Below are positions 41,104 to 51,530 of a DNA stretch of 64,000 nucleotides, piece by piece. The stretch lies in IMG/VR virus record IMGVR_UViG_3300015024_000001, positions 67,992 through 131,991 of that record; one strand, given 5' to 3'. The notes under the pieces are model-generated. The model was given only the letters and a program-made list of their open reading frames with translations. It did not search any database and was not told where the DNA came from. The position numbers and the translations under genes were made by a program. How positions within the stretch are numbered: position 1 is the stretch's first letter; the number at the start of each line of letters is the position of its first letter. The stretch is from a virus.

Positions 41104-42986
41104 ACCTACTTATATTGATCCTTCAGTTCTTACTATTCTTTCAAATACAAAAGTAGGTAAAACTTCTAGCTGTTTGCAACTACCCAATTCTTTACTTGTA
41201 GACCTTGAAGATAGTGCTTCTTTCTATAAAGGAACTTATCTAAATCTTAAGAAACAGTCTACCGTAGAAAATAAAGGTATGGGTTCTTTATTATTAGAAA
41301 CCGTAGCAGCTATTCAACAGGCTAATACTGAAGCAGGTCGTTGTGTGTATGATTTTATTATTATCGACACTTTAACTGTCATTGAGAAGATTGCTCGTCA
41401 AAAAGCAACCTATGATTACAAAAAAACATTAGCGGGTAAAAATTTCTCAGGTACAGATGTTGTAGCTGAACTTTCAAAAGGCGCGGGTTTGTAAAATAGC
41501 CCGTATCTGGTTAATTGCTGGAAACTCTTAAAGTCGGCACACTACAACATAGCTAGAAATGGCAAGTGTGAAAGTTTGAAAAGTGTAGGCTATGAATGTA
41601 TGTTATAATGGTATACATGAATGAAAGACAATCAGCAGCAAAGCTCCTAAGTAATTATTTATATGGAGAATGTTCAACGACTATCCCTCGGAAGGGGAGT
41701 AGGTTGGTAGAAATATTAGCCGAAAAGCCAGATATAGTTTTCAAAAAGCTATGGGATAAAAAAGACAGTAGGTTTGATGTTGCGGGTATTTATCTAATTT
41801 TATGTACAGGTAACGATGAGTTTTATATAGGTTCATCAAAAAATATACACATAAGATTTAGAAAACACCGTAATGAGTTGAATATTGACAAACACTATGG
41901 TAAATACTTACAGAGATCTTTTACTAAATATGGTAGAGATTCATTAGTAGGTTTTATATTAGAAGAGACTATAGATTTTGAAGGTAGGGAGTTATATTGG
42001 ATCAAGTATTTAAAACCTAAATTCAATTCATCAGAAGATGTGAAGAGAAACTTTTTAAATGCTCAATACTACGAAGCTATCCAGAAAGCTAGAGAAAAAC
42101 AACAAATAAAAGTTGTTGCACTAACGCTAGAAGGTAATTTTGTTAAAGAGTTTGATAGTGTTACTAGAGCAGCTGAGTTTTTTGGAACTTCCTCAACTAA
42201 TATATCTGGTGTTTGTAAAGGTCGTCTAAGATATATGAAAGACCATTTATTTATTTACAAAATAGATTATGATCCTAATAAATCGTACAGACTTAAAGAA
42301 TACCTAGCAGGTACTAAGAACCCAAAACATCTTCAAATTATTCTTGAAGCAATAGGTAAGTCTGTAGTGTCTATTAACATTAAAACTCAGGAAGTCAAAC
42401 AATACATCTCAATATCTGAAGCTGCAAGATCACATAATTTGACTAGGACAATGTTTAAATACAATTACCTAGACAATAAACGCCTTTTAGGTGATCTAAA
42501 GTTTGAATACTATAAAAATATAGTCTAGTCTTTATGGTGACATAAAGTATATCGTATGTACACTTTAATAAGGCTTTCAACGACTTGATTGACCCGTTTA
42601 AAGGTTTAGCAGGTAAATGCCTTATTCTTCTATGTCATGCTAAACTATCATCTATCAGTAAAGATTCTACAGAAATTGATCTAAAAGATATTGAACTATC
42701 TGGTAAGAATAAATTAGCTGTTACAGCTTATGCAGATACGATTGGTCTCTTATACCGTCACAAACGTAATAAGAATCAAAACATCATATCTTTTAAAACA
42801 AGTGAAGATAATTTAGTATGTGGTACACGTTCTGCACACTTAATGAACAAGACTTTTGTGTTTTCAGAGTACGATCCTAAATCTAATGAATTAACAACAC
42901 ATTGGGATTTAGTTTTTAAATCACTTGGTTCTGATAAACAGATGCAAGAGGTAGAAGAAGTAGAACCACAAAAAGAAGAAGCTTAA
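41072..42986 (+). CDS. AAA_24/Sak4-like ATPase split by a group I intron (exons 41072-41488 and 42555-42986)
   Basis: KVGKTS Walker A, VDLE, IIIDT; spliced junction reads ELSKGAG|YVHFNKAF in frame. Confidence 0.85.
41489..42554 (+). mobile_element. group I intron with GIY-YIG homing endonuclease
   Basis: P1 GCGGGT/GCCCGT with U.G at the 5' splice site; AATTGCTGGAAA, AATCAGCAGC, TCAACGACTA, AATATAGTCT core elements; terminal G. Confidence 0.9.
41596..42528 (+). CDS. GIY-YIG homing endonuclease with NUMOD1-like repeats
   Basis: GIYLI..FYIGSS..R..H; EFDSVTRAA, YISISEAAR. Confidence 0.9.
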   Translation: MYVIMVYMNERQSAAKLLSNYLYGECSTTIPRKGSRLVEILAEKPDIVFKKLWDKKDSRFDVAGIYLILCTGNDEFYIGSSKNIHIRFRKHRNELNIDKHYGKYLQRSFTKYGRDSLVGFILEETIDFEGRELYWIKYLKPKFNSSEDVKRNFLNAQYYEAIQKAREKQQIKVVALTLEGNFVKEFDSVTRAAEFFGTSSTNISGVCKGRLRYMKDHLFIYKIDYDPNKSYRLKEYLAGTKNPKHLQIILEAIGKSVVSINIKTQEVKQYISISEAARSHNLTRTMFKYNYLDNKRLLGDLKFEYYKNIV

Positions 42987-43024
42987 CTAACAAGGATTGG
43001 TAATACCCTTCTAATTATTACCTG

Positions 43025-43657
43025 TTGTTGTGCAAAGAGGTCATTATGCTACTTATAACCTATAACTCTAACCCTCAGAATAATCCTGACTTACCTACAA
43101 TCAGAGGTTGGTCTTTATATACACTCGAAGATTGGCAATCTTTATGGATGGATGTTGATAGTTACTTCTCTTATCTACCTAGTGGTGATGCTGAACTTGA
43201 GTTTAATGTAAAAGGTATAGGTTCTGTATATTATGACTGTCATACAGGATGGTTCAAAGATTATCAAGTATCTGAGATTGATATTAACAAACCTTACTTC
43301 AGTTTGGAAATTATTGAAAACTTAGACCTTATACTTGGTACTAATTTCTATGTACCGTATATTTTTGATGATCCTATATATCCAGAAATGGATGTTGATT
43401 AATGTGCTATAATGTTTACACTACAAACTAAAACTATGTCAGAAACAATTACAAAAGAAGATTTAATGGATCTTCAACGTCAAATCACCCAAGCTTTACA
43501 AGAACAAGTTCTAAATAATATTAGAGGTAATGTTAAACCTTATATGGAGGTACTAGACTATTCAATTCGTCTACTAGAAAAACTCTCTTGTATTGGTAAT
43601 GAGTTTGCAGAAAAGTTGCAATACTCTGACCAAATTGGTTTACAAGAGTATTATTAA
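43025..43657 (+). CDS. two small hypothetical genes (~43046-43402, 43412-43657)
   Basis: ORFs; TGTGCTATAAT promoter at ~43403. Confidence 0.55.
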
Positions 43658-43783
43658 ATTATTTGCTCTAATCATAGAAGAAAATGTCTCTGGTCTTGAC
43701 TATTTAAAGCAATCCTATTTTGCTATACAACAAGCTAAGATGTTTGATAAATTACTAACACTACAAAATAACTAACAAAAACT

Positions 43784-44197
43784 ATGTCTGCACAAATTCA
43801 AGTTACTGGTACCATTGCTTCCGTTGATTCGATCAAAACTTTTGACTCTGGTAAGTGTGTTCTTAAATTTTCTATCGTTACACCTAATGGTGAACCTAAG
43901 AAAGATGGTGATGAGTATGCACCCTCACAGTTCTATAAAGTAGAACTATGGGATAAAGCAGCTAAATCAATGGAGAAACACATTATAAAAGGTTCTAAAG
44001 CCTATGTACGTGGTAACCATGTATCTCGTGCTTGGGAAAATGATACTTCTAAAGGTATTGAAGAACAAATCAAGTACGCTACAGTAGAACCTTTTGTATG
44101 GGTCAATGATGGTAGTTCTTCACAAGAGACATACACAGCTACTAAATCTACTACAACCACATCACAAAATACTGCTAATAGTGATATGCCCTTTTAA
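43784..44197 (+). CDS. ssb: single-stranded DNA-binding protein
   Basis: OB-fold pattern (FYKVELWDK.A....KGS..YV.G) and acidic DMPF tail. Confidence 0.9.
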   Translation: MSAQIQVTGTIASVDSIKTFDSGKCVLKFSIVTPNGEPKKDGDEYAPSQFYKVELWDKAAKSMEKHIIKGSKAYVRGNHVSRAWENDTSKGIEEQIKYATVEPFVWVNDGSSSQETYTATKSTTTTSQNTANSDMPF

Positions 44198-44506
44198 ATA
44201 ACACTATGGGTTGGAATTAGACCTCCTCCAGTTGATTTAAAACAACAAAGTCTATTCTGTAAAATAAAACTGAAAAGTCAATTGAGGCAGTGATTAAGTT
44301 TTATCTCCCATAAATATATATCATAGTGTCGGCTGACATGAAAAAAGCGATCTTGTGGAAAACACATACTTCAGGATATAGTGTAAGGGCTGCCAACAAT
44401 AGCTTTGTGGATCATAATCTCGGCACAGTTGGCGTGGGCGAGAACACCTCTCACACTAGGATCGGTTCGACACTTAACGTTTGTAGGTAACGTAAACCTT
44501 CATTAA

Positions 44507-44930
44507 CCACCTGTGGCTGACTGGTAAAGCAATCAACTTAAAGTGTGTGTAACACAGCTTGGGTCACTATAGTAGTGATATTATATGTGAATCTCCCCTA
44601 AACGGTGAAGGCTAAGTTATAAGAATTAGTACTACTTATAATATGCTAATACCGTACCAATTGCCTCTCTAGTGAGAGGTTCTAGTGTGTAGAGACTATA
44701 CAGGGAGTATCTTGTAGTGGAGTAATAGTTTAGTGGTATAACACCTTCGGCAAGAAGGAAGTTTGGTTCGAGTCCAATGATACTATTGCAAGATAAAGAT
44801 AGAGTCCAGACCATCAAATATTATATACTTATATTATGTTTCAAGGAATATAAATAAGTACTTAGTAGTAGTGAAAACTATAGTGGTAAGCATAATTGAT
44901 GACATACAGATTCGATTTCTGTCAGGTGGA
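44507..44930 (+). tRNA. tRNA-CAT (elongator Met or Ile2) split by a group I intron; exons 44507-44538 and 44891-44930
   Basis: CCACCTG/CAGGTGG acceptor, GCT/AGC D stem, ATCAA-CT|CATAA-TTGAT anticodon arm, ACAGA-TTCGATT-TCTGT T arm. Confidence 0.9.
44539..44890 (+). mobile_element. ORF-less group I intron at tRNA position 33/34
   Basis: Follows U33 and ends in G; CTCCC/GGGAG P3, AAACGGTGAA, AATACCGTACC, GTAGAGACTA, AAGATAGAGTCC. Confidence 0.88.
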
Positions 44931-44939
44931 TTGTAGAAA

Positions 44940-44966
44940 GGTGTTGCATGACGCAGCATCTTTTTT
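44940..44966 (+). terminator. intrinsic terminator after the tRNA
   Basis: GGTGTTGC-ATGAC-GCAGCATC-TTTTTT. Confidence 0.75.
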
Positions 44967-44989
44967 GTATATCATAAGTAGGTATAAAT

Positions 44990-46309
44990 ATGACACATAC
45001 AGTAGATTCACAAATACTAGCTGCATTTTCAGATTATACTCTAAAAAGAGAATTGATACGCACTGCTGAACATATCAATACAATAGCTAAAGAACAAGGT
45101 ATATATTTTGCTATAGCTTTCCTAATTGATGCTAATTATGATAATGAAAGATTACAAAAACTACTACCTATATTACATACAATTAGAGGAGCAATAAAAA
45201 ATGAACTGGCAACCAATAGAAACTGCACCTAAAGATAGTACTTGGATATTATTAGCATCTAATTTACATGATTGTAAACTTATCCCACAAGTAGCAGTAT
45301 CTCGCTGGTATCCTGATGACAATAATTGGGATATGGTTGGTTGGGTTACTTCTAGATGTGAATATTTTCCTGAACCTACTTATTGGTCATATATATTGGA
45401 AACATAGAAGAGAATGGCAACAATACCTAAATTATCTATATGGGTTTTAGATACAGATTGGATTTACAGTATAAAAGTACCTGTGAAGTGGAGTCATTCT
45501 AACTATTTCTTACTAGCTACACATAACATACCTTTCTGTATAAGATATGAAGAAAATATGGCTTCATTTCTTGAACGACATCCAGCTCTGTTTGCGCCTA
45601 TACATAGAGCTATACATGACTGGTACGGACATGATAAAGGACGGGTAGATTTTAATCAACAAGGTTATAAATATATTAGGAAGTTAATATGATGATGCAT
45701 GATTGGCTACTGGATATAGGTATGGATTCTAATACTCCTGTAATAACTTTAGAACAGTATGTAAAAGATAATAAACCAAAAGGGTTCATATTAGACCTGA
45801 AGAAACACTACGGTTGGAGGAAAGGACGTTTAGAGCTACACGAGATTATAGATGATTACTTTCTTGTAGGTGTGTTAAATTCTGTTCTTGTTAAACTATA
45901 CACAGAAAGAAATGCAGATAACTTTAACTTACTCTCACTTGAGTTAAACAATATAGTTATAGTAAATCAAGATGATCTTTTTTCTGATAAAGGTAAGATT
46001 CTAGTTACTCGTCTTACAGAATATTCTGTTTATTTCAGAAATCTTACAATAAATGCACCTCAAAACGGCTCCTATGAAGAGACGATGTGTAGAGAAAAGA
46101 GTATATCTACATACTTTCAGAGTTTAGCTAACGCAGTATTATTGGAGATGTATTTTGGTGCTGCTATCAGGTCTTATGATAGAGATTTTATTAGACATTT
46201 GAATATAGACTCTAGTTTAAATCATGAACAGTTAATGGATCTGTATGAAAAACTGTATGATAGAGATTCTGTTATAAGAAGTAATCACTACTTCTTATCG
46301 GAAAGGTAA
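44990..46309 (+). CDS. four hypothetical genes, including a second DUF551-like gene (45201-45407)
   Basis: Packed ORFs; MNWQPIETAPKD motif. Confidence 0.6.
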
Positions 46310-46409
46310 ATTGCAAATAGTAAATAATAATATAGACCTCTTTTTGGAAATTAACTACGAAGAGTCTTCTTATGTGCTAGAATAAACAGGCACTTCACCT
46401 TTCTCTTCT

Positions 46410-47228
46410 ATGTTTGACGATTCACAAATCATCCAAGTAAATGACGACAACGGTAGACATTACTATCACACTGACTTCCCTGTTATGAAATATCCCTCTG
46501 TCTCAAAATTATGTGAGTTTTTCGACAAGAAAGGTTATGAACGTATCCTTGCGTGGAAAGCTAAACTTGTAGAAACTTTAGGTGTTGAAGAAGCAGAAAA
46601 ACAGTCTCATGCTGGTGCTGCTAGAGGTACTCGTATCCATAATGCATTGGAAACAGGTGACTTATCTAAACTAGATAAAAAAGAAGTTGTACGCTACAAA
46701 AATCTAGAACGTCTAGTAAACAAAATTAATGTTCTAGGTGTAGAGAAACGTGTCATGTGGACAGACATACAAGATCCTAAAGTTGGTTTCTGTGGAACTT
46801 TGGATTGTATTTCGACAGTAGACTTATCTACATTCCGTAACAGTGAGGACATTGCTATAGGTACAGGTGAAGCTTACACAATTTTTGACTGGAAGAACGT
46901 TACTAAGTTTTATGATCTAGACTTTTATCTTAAACACTATCTACAAGCAGCAGCTTATGCTACATGCGTAAACAAAATGACTGATTGTAAGTATGGTATC
47001 AACAAGTGCTTTATCGCCTTTACAACGGCAAAGATGTTGAAGATTGTATATCTTGAACCACGTGTTATTATGCATTTTTCTCGTAGTATCAAAGAAATGG
47101 CTACAGCTTATGCTTATCAGTTACCCTATGATTATGAAGCTTTTCGTTCTTATACAATTGGTCACTTCACAGAAGATGGTAGTATAGAAGATTTTATACC
47201 AAAACAAGTTTATCTAAATGAAAATTAA
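46410..47228 (+). CDS. PD-(D/E)XK exonuclease
   Basis: YPSVS, AARGTRIH..LE, GTLDC, FDWK, LQAAAYA. Confidence 0.85.
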   Translation: MFDDSQIIQVNDDNGRHYYHTDFPVMKYPSVSKLCEFFDKKGYERILAWKAKLVETLGVEEAEKQSHAGAARGTRIHNALETGDLSKLDKKEVVRYKNLERLVNKINVLGVEKRVMWTDIQDPKVGFCGTLDCISTVDLSTFRNSEDIAIGTGEAYTIFDWKNVTKFYDLDFYLKHYLQAAAYATCVNKMTDCKYGINKCFIAFTTAKMLKIVYLEPRVIMHFSRSIKEMATAYAYQLPYDYEAFRSYTIGHFTEDGSIEDFIPKQVYLNEN

Positions 47229-47910
47229 ACGTTTATATAATATAGGTGATATTGTGACTTATAAAAATAAATCTTATGTTGTCACAGGTTATGAACAGAA
47301 TATTGATATGATAACCTATCAATACGAATTAGTACCTTATAGTGTAAGGTCAGTAAGTTTTCTATTACAAGATGAATTAGAGGATGATGACTAATGGAAA
47401 TCATAGGTGGCATTATAGTAGCGACTTGTTTATGGTTTGCACAATCCAAACCTGTTAAAAAAGTAGAAGTAAAAAAGAAGCCTGACATTACTATAGAAAT
47501 ATATGACCGTAGAAGTAAAGGGCTGGATTCGTGAAGGGAGTTTTGGTGACTCTGATGATATTGTTTGGATAGATGATGGCGACCATCGTAATCGAACACC
47601 TTTAAATTTAATAGAGGCTTTTAATGTTGACAATCCAACAAATACAAGATAAATTACTAGCTTACTACGCACAACCTATTAGTGGGCAAGATAAAGTATA
47701 TGAAGTATTAGGTTTTGCAGAGTGGTCTGATTATCATAACATTTATGAAGAGATATGGACACCACAGTTTAAATCTAGAATCTATATATTACAAAATCCT
47801 TACAGTACACTAGAACAAGCCTTTGTACATGGTGTACAAGTAGGTTGGTTAGACGGTTTTGATTCTGGTTATAATAATGCATTAGAAGATATGAATAATG
47901 GTATAATTGT

Positions 47911-48780
47911 ATGACTTTCTCTATACTTGACTACATAGAAAAACTAGAGACCATAGAAGAGAAGGGTAGTTGGTTCTTGGCTGATTGTCCTGTTTGTCAT
48001 GCACACAAGTTAAAGATCAACTCTTCTACAGGAGCTTATAAGTGTTATGCCAATGATTGTTCTAGCCAGAAAATTAGAGATGCTATTGCCAAATATACAC
48101 CTTATGTAAAAACTAATCTACGGGTTGTACGTAAGGCTCTGAGACGATATTTGGATGCTGAACATCTGTATATACCTGTGAACATTTTGTTGGCTTTAGA
48201 GAGCCATTTTGTACGATGTGATAGAACAGAAGAAGCTGATCGTAAGTATTACGAATATACGCTTTGGCAAAGGTCAGTAAGATTTACTACAAAAGACGGT
48301 AAAAAAATAGTTGCACCTCAGTTTATGAAAGGTATTGACTATATATCAGGTGTAGGTTTCTTACCTTGGCTATTGTTTAATGAGGATTACCTTATAAACT
48401 TTATACCAGAAATTGAACTGATTGCGGATGGTAAATACATAATAATGGCTGAAGGTGAGAAATGTGCAGTATCTGTTACACAACAGAGCTATGAATGTTT
48501 GACACCTGCTGGTTTTTGTTTTACACCCGAATATCTTGACAATGCAGTCAAGAGGTTGTTATTGTACGGTTTACGAGGTGTGTTATACTTCGAGGACAAT
48601 GATACTGCTGGTCGCAAGAAGGCACATATGGTTGCTAATGCTTGCTGGCGTAATGGTTTGCAATGCACAGTTATCAACCCTGCTTTCTGGTTGCCAGATG
48701 CTCCTGATGGGTTTGATATTGCTGATAATGAGTACGAAATTAACGATTTAGTAACAAGTTGGGTAGGACAAAATGGATGA
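47911..48780 (+). CDS. DNA primase (zinc finger plus TOPRIM)
   Basis: CPVC..YKCYANDC, AEGEKC, FEDNDTAG, DIAD. Confidence 0.85.
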   Translation: MTFSILDYIEKLETIEEKGSWFLADCPVCHAHKLKINSSTGAYKCYANDCSSQKIRDAIAKYTPYVKTNLRVVRKALRRYLDAEHLYIPVNILLALESHFVRCDRTEEADRKYYEYTLWQRSVRFTTKDGKKIVAPQFMKGIDYISGVGFLPWLLFNEDYLINFIPEIELIADGKYIIMAEGEKCAVSVTQQSYECLTPAGFCFTPEYLDNAVKRLLLYGLRGVLYFEDNDTAGRKKAHMVANACWRNGLQCTVINPAFWLPDAPDGFDIADNEYEINDLVTSWVGQNG

Positions 48781-50422
48781 AGAGTTTTATTATTCTGTTG
48801 ATAATGAAGCACAAGCTACTGAAGCTGTTATTGACACCAAACCTACATACTCTTTTTTAGATGCTTATACTACTGACCTCGGTAAAGCTCGTGCTAATAT
48901 TGCACAGTATAAGGGGTTACAAAGACGTATTGTTACCGACCAAGTTGTTGTTAAATTATATGAGAATTGGGTAGATAAGTTTGGGTTCTCAGTCAAACAA
49001 ATCAAAGAACATTTAGATTTTGAAGAGTCGCAGATGACAACTTCTTTCAAAACTTCTTATAGTTTCAGAGAATTATTAGAGGCAGGACGTGAAGCTGGTG
49101 AATGGTTAGTTCCATCATTTTTTCAGCCTTCTGCTTTATATACGATATTTTCAGGTGCAAAAGCTGGTAAGTCAACTCTAGTACTTGACCTTAAGTATTC
49201 TATACTCGTTTCTGGTAAATTTCTAGGTATGCCTGTCAGAAAAGGTAAAGTGCTAGATTTCTCTTTAGAGGAAGGTGTTTCTCTGTCTGCTATGAAAATG
49301 GTGGAACGTGGTTTTGATGATGATGATGCATCCTTTCTAAAATATAGTAATGTTTATAGGATTGAGAAGTCTTTTAATCTACTAGAAGATATTGCAAAAT
49401 TAGAAGAGATGATTTATGAGTTTAAGCCAGCTTTAGTTACTTTTGATAGTCTGCGAATGATGCTTGCTGGTACAGGTATTTCTGAAAACAGTGCAGAAAT
49501 GGCTCCCTTGATGTATAGATTACACCAAGTATTTATTAAATCTGAAGGTACAACAGGAATCTGCATACATCATAAATCGAAACAAGGTAAAGATGTAGAT
49601 GGTGCTTCAGGACATTCTTCTATTGCATCTGCTAATGATGGTTTGTTTAAAATAACAAAGATTAGAAATGAGCAAGGGCAAGCAAGAACGGAGCTGCAAA
49701 GCTTTCCTAGAAATGGATTACCACGTACCTTAATCTTAAATATGGCACGTAGTGAAGGTGGTAGATGGTGTATGGAAATTGAATCTGAAAAAGATACAGA
49801 TCCAGTTATCGAAGGATGGTCAAATAAGATTATTCGTGTACTAACATCTAAACCACATCAAAGATACACCAATAAAGAGTTAAGAACAAAACTAGGTATT
49901 AATAAATGTTCAGAGTATGATGATGCACTGATCAAACTACGTGAGATGTGTATCATTGAAGTAGACCGAGTTAATAAGGAGTTCGTTTACTCTATACCAG
50001 AATCTAGTGCTTGGTTTGACGATGATTCTTCAATACTTTGTCATATATCTACTGAATCACGACTTGCTGATACTTTAGTTAAGTGCAAAACAAGACAAGA
50101 TTTACGTATTCTTACGAGAGATTGGTCATTACAACTTAAGCAGAATGTCGTTAAACTACTGTCTGAATTTGAACGTGACTTAGTACGTTTACTATCTAGT
50201 ACTTGTCCTTATATTGTAGGTGAATCTGTTGTATACAATGGGTTAGTTGTTAATATCACAGATACAAAGTTGGAGGAAAAACAAAAAATATTCTTTTTCC
50301 AACTCGCAGATAATGGTGCTGAATGGGTATCAGAAGATAACCTCTCTTTCTATGTTCCTATGGTTACTGAACCTGTGATCGTAGAAGAGAAAATTGATCC
50401 ACAAAGTACTGATTCTTTTTAG
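48773..50422 (+). CDS. RepA/AAA_25-type replicative helicase
   Basis: SGAKAGKST, SLEE, VTFDSL, IHH..K..SG.S. Confidence 0.85.
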   Translation: MDEEFYYSVDNEAQATEAVIDTKPTYSFLDAYTTDLGKARANIAQYKGLQRRIVTDQVVVKLYENWVDKFGFSVKQIKEHLDFEESQMTTSFKTSYSFRELLEAGREAGEWLVPSFFQPSALYTIFSGAKAGKSTLVLDLKYSILVSGKFLGMPVRKGKVLDFSLEEGVSLSAMKMVERGFDDDDASFLKYSNVYRIEKSFNLLEDIAKLEEMIYEFKPALVTFDSLRMMLAGTGISENSAEMAPLMYRLHQVFIKSEGTTGICIHHKSKQGKDVDGASGHSSIASANDGLFKITKIRNEQGQARTELQSFPRNGLPRTLILNMARSEGGRWCMEIESEKDTDPVIEGWSNKIIRVLTSKPHQRYTNKELRTKLGINKCSEYDDALIKLREMCIIEVDRVNKEFVYSIPESSAWFDDDSSILCHISTESRLADTLVKCKTRQDLRILTRDWSLQLKQNVVKLLSEFERDLVRLLSSTCPYIVGESVVYNGLVVNITDTKLEEKQKIFFFQLADNGAEWVSEDNLSFYVPMVTEPVIVEEKIDPQSTDSF

Positions 50423-50766
50423 ACATAAATATGAAATACGAAAATAAAGTAGTTGAATCAATAAAACTGCGAAACAAGCATCCATATCAACCTAACCTAT
50501 ATGATGAACTTTGCATTGTATTTAAGGATGGTGAGGTAATGGCTATTACCGCTTATCAAAACTACGTTGATGTGAGCCTTACAGAACCAACAGAACAAGA
50601 ATGAAAAAATATAGAGTTCGCGTTTATTTCACTGGCTATTCTGTACGAAATGTAGAGGCAGAAAATTGGCAAGAAGCTGAAAAACAATTTTATCAAGAAT
50701 TTCAAGCATCTTTTACTGATGATGTAGAGGTTGATAAAATCGAACATATTTCTATGGAGTCTATAG

Positions 50767-51530
50767 ATGGATGATGACCTACAAGTACCACTAACCAATC
50801 GTGAGAAAAAGAAGAAACCATCTTCTTATATGTTTATCTGTGGTTCATGTGACTGTGGTGTAGCTACATCTGGTGCTAAATGTAACGTATGCGGTCGTCG
50901 TGACCTAAGCAAACAAGCAAGAAAAAGGGATATAAAAGTATATGAGTAAAATTGCAATGCCAGTCTACAAGCAAGTATCTACTGTCACTGGTTATAAAAC
51001 ATCAGATGGGCAACTCTTTGAACACAAAAAAGATGCAGATATTTGGCAACATAAAGTCAACAGATATGATGAAATCCGTTACTATTTCCAAGGTGAGTTA
51101 TTCAAGTATGAAGAACTTAATCCTGACAAAGAGATTCTACACAGAGGAGTCATTACACAAATTTTTGAAGCTATATTCTTTGACCTTGACATATATGATG
51201 CAGAGTGTTTTCTAGCACGTACAAGAGAAAAATATGACACAGACATTTCCTGACTGCAATTTTCTAGATGACTATGACTACAGGATTTGGCACACATCTA
51301 GTGGTATGACATTTTATAAAGATGTTTCTTGTGAGGCAAGCATGACTAGATGCTGTTGGTTATTACATACACTTACTGATTATGATCGTGAAAGAGGTAT
51401 AGAGTATGATAATCAAGGTTTACAAGTAACTCCTACAGGCACAGAAGAGTGGTTTGAGTTTACTTTCACTAATGGTACAACTATTAAACACCAGATGGGT
51501 ACAGCTTATACACAGAGGGAGTTATTGTGA
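50767..51530 (+). CDS. three small hypothetical genes, the first with a CxxC..CxxC zinc ribbon
   Basis: 50767-50949, 50942-51253, 51234-51530 overlapping. Confidence 0.55.

Noticed and set aside
44209-44260. HDV-like/theta ribozyme near the tRNA
   Set aside because: Too few bases for P3/L3, and it is not at the tRNA 3' end
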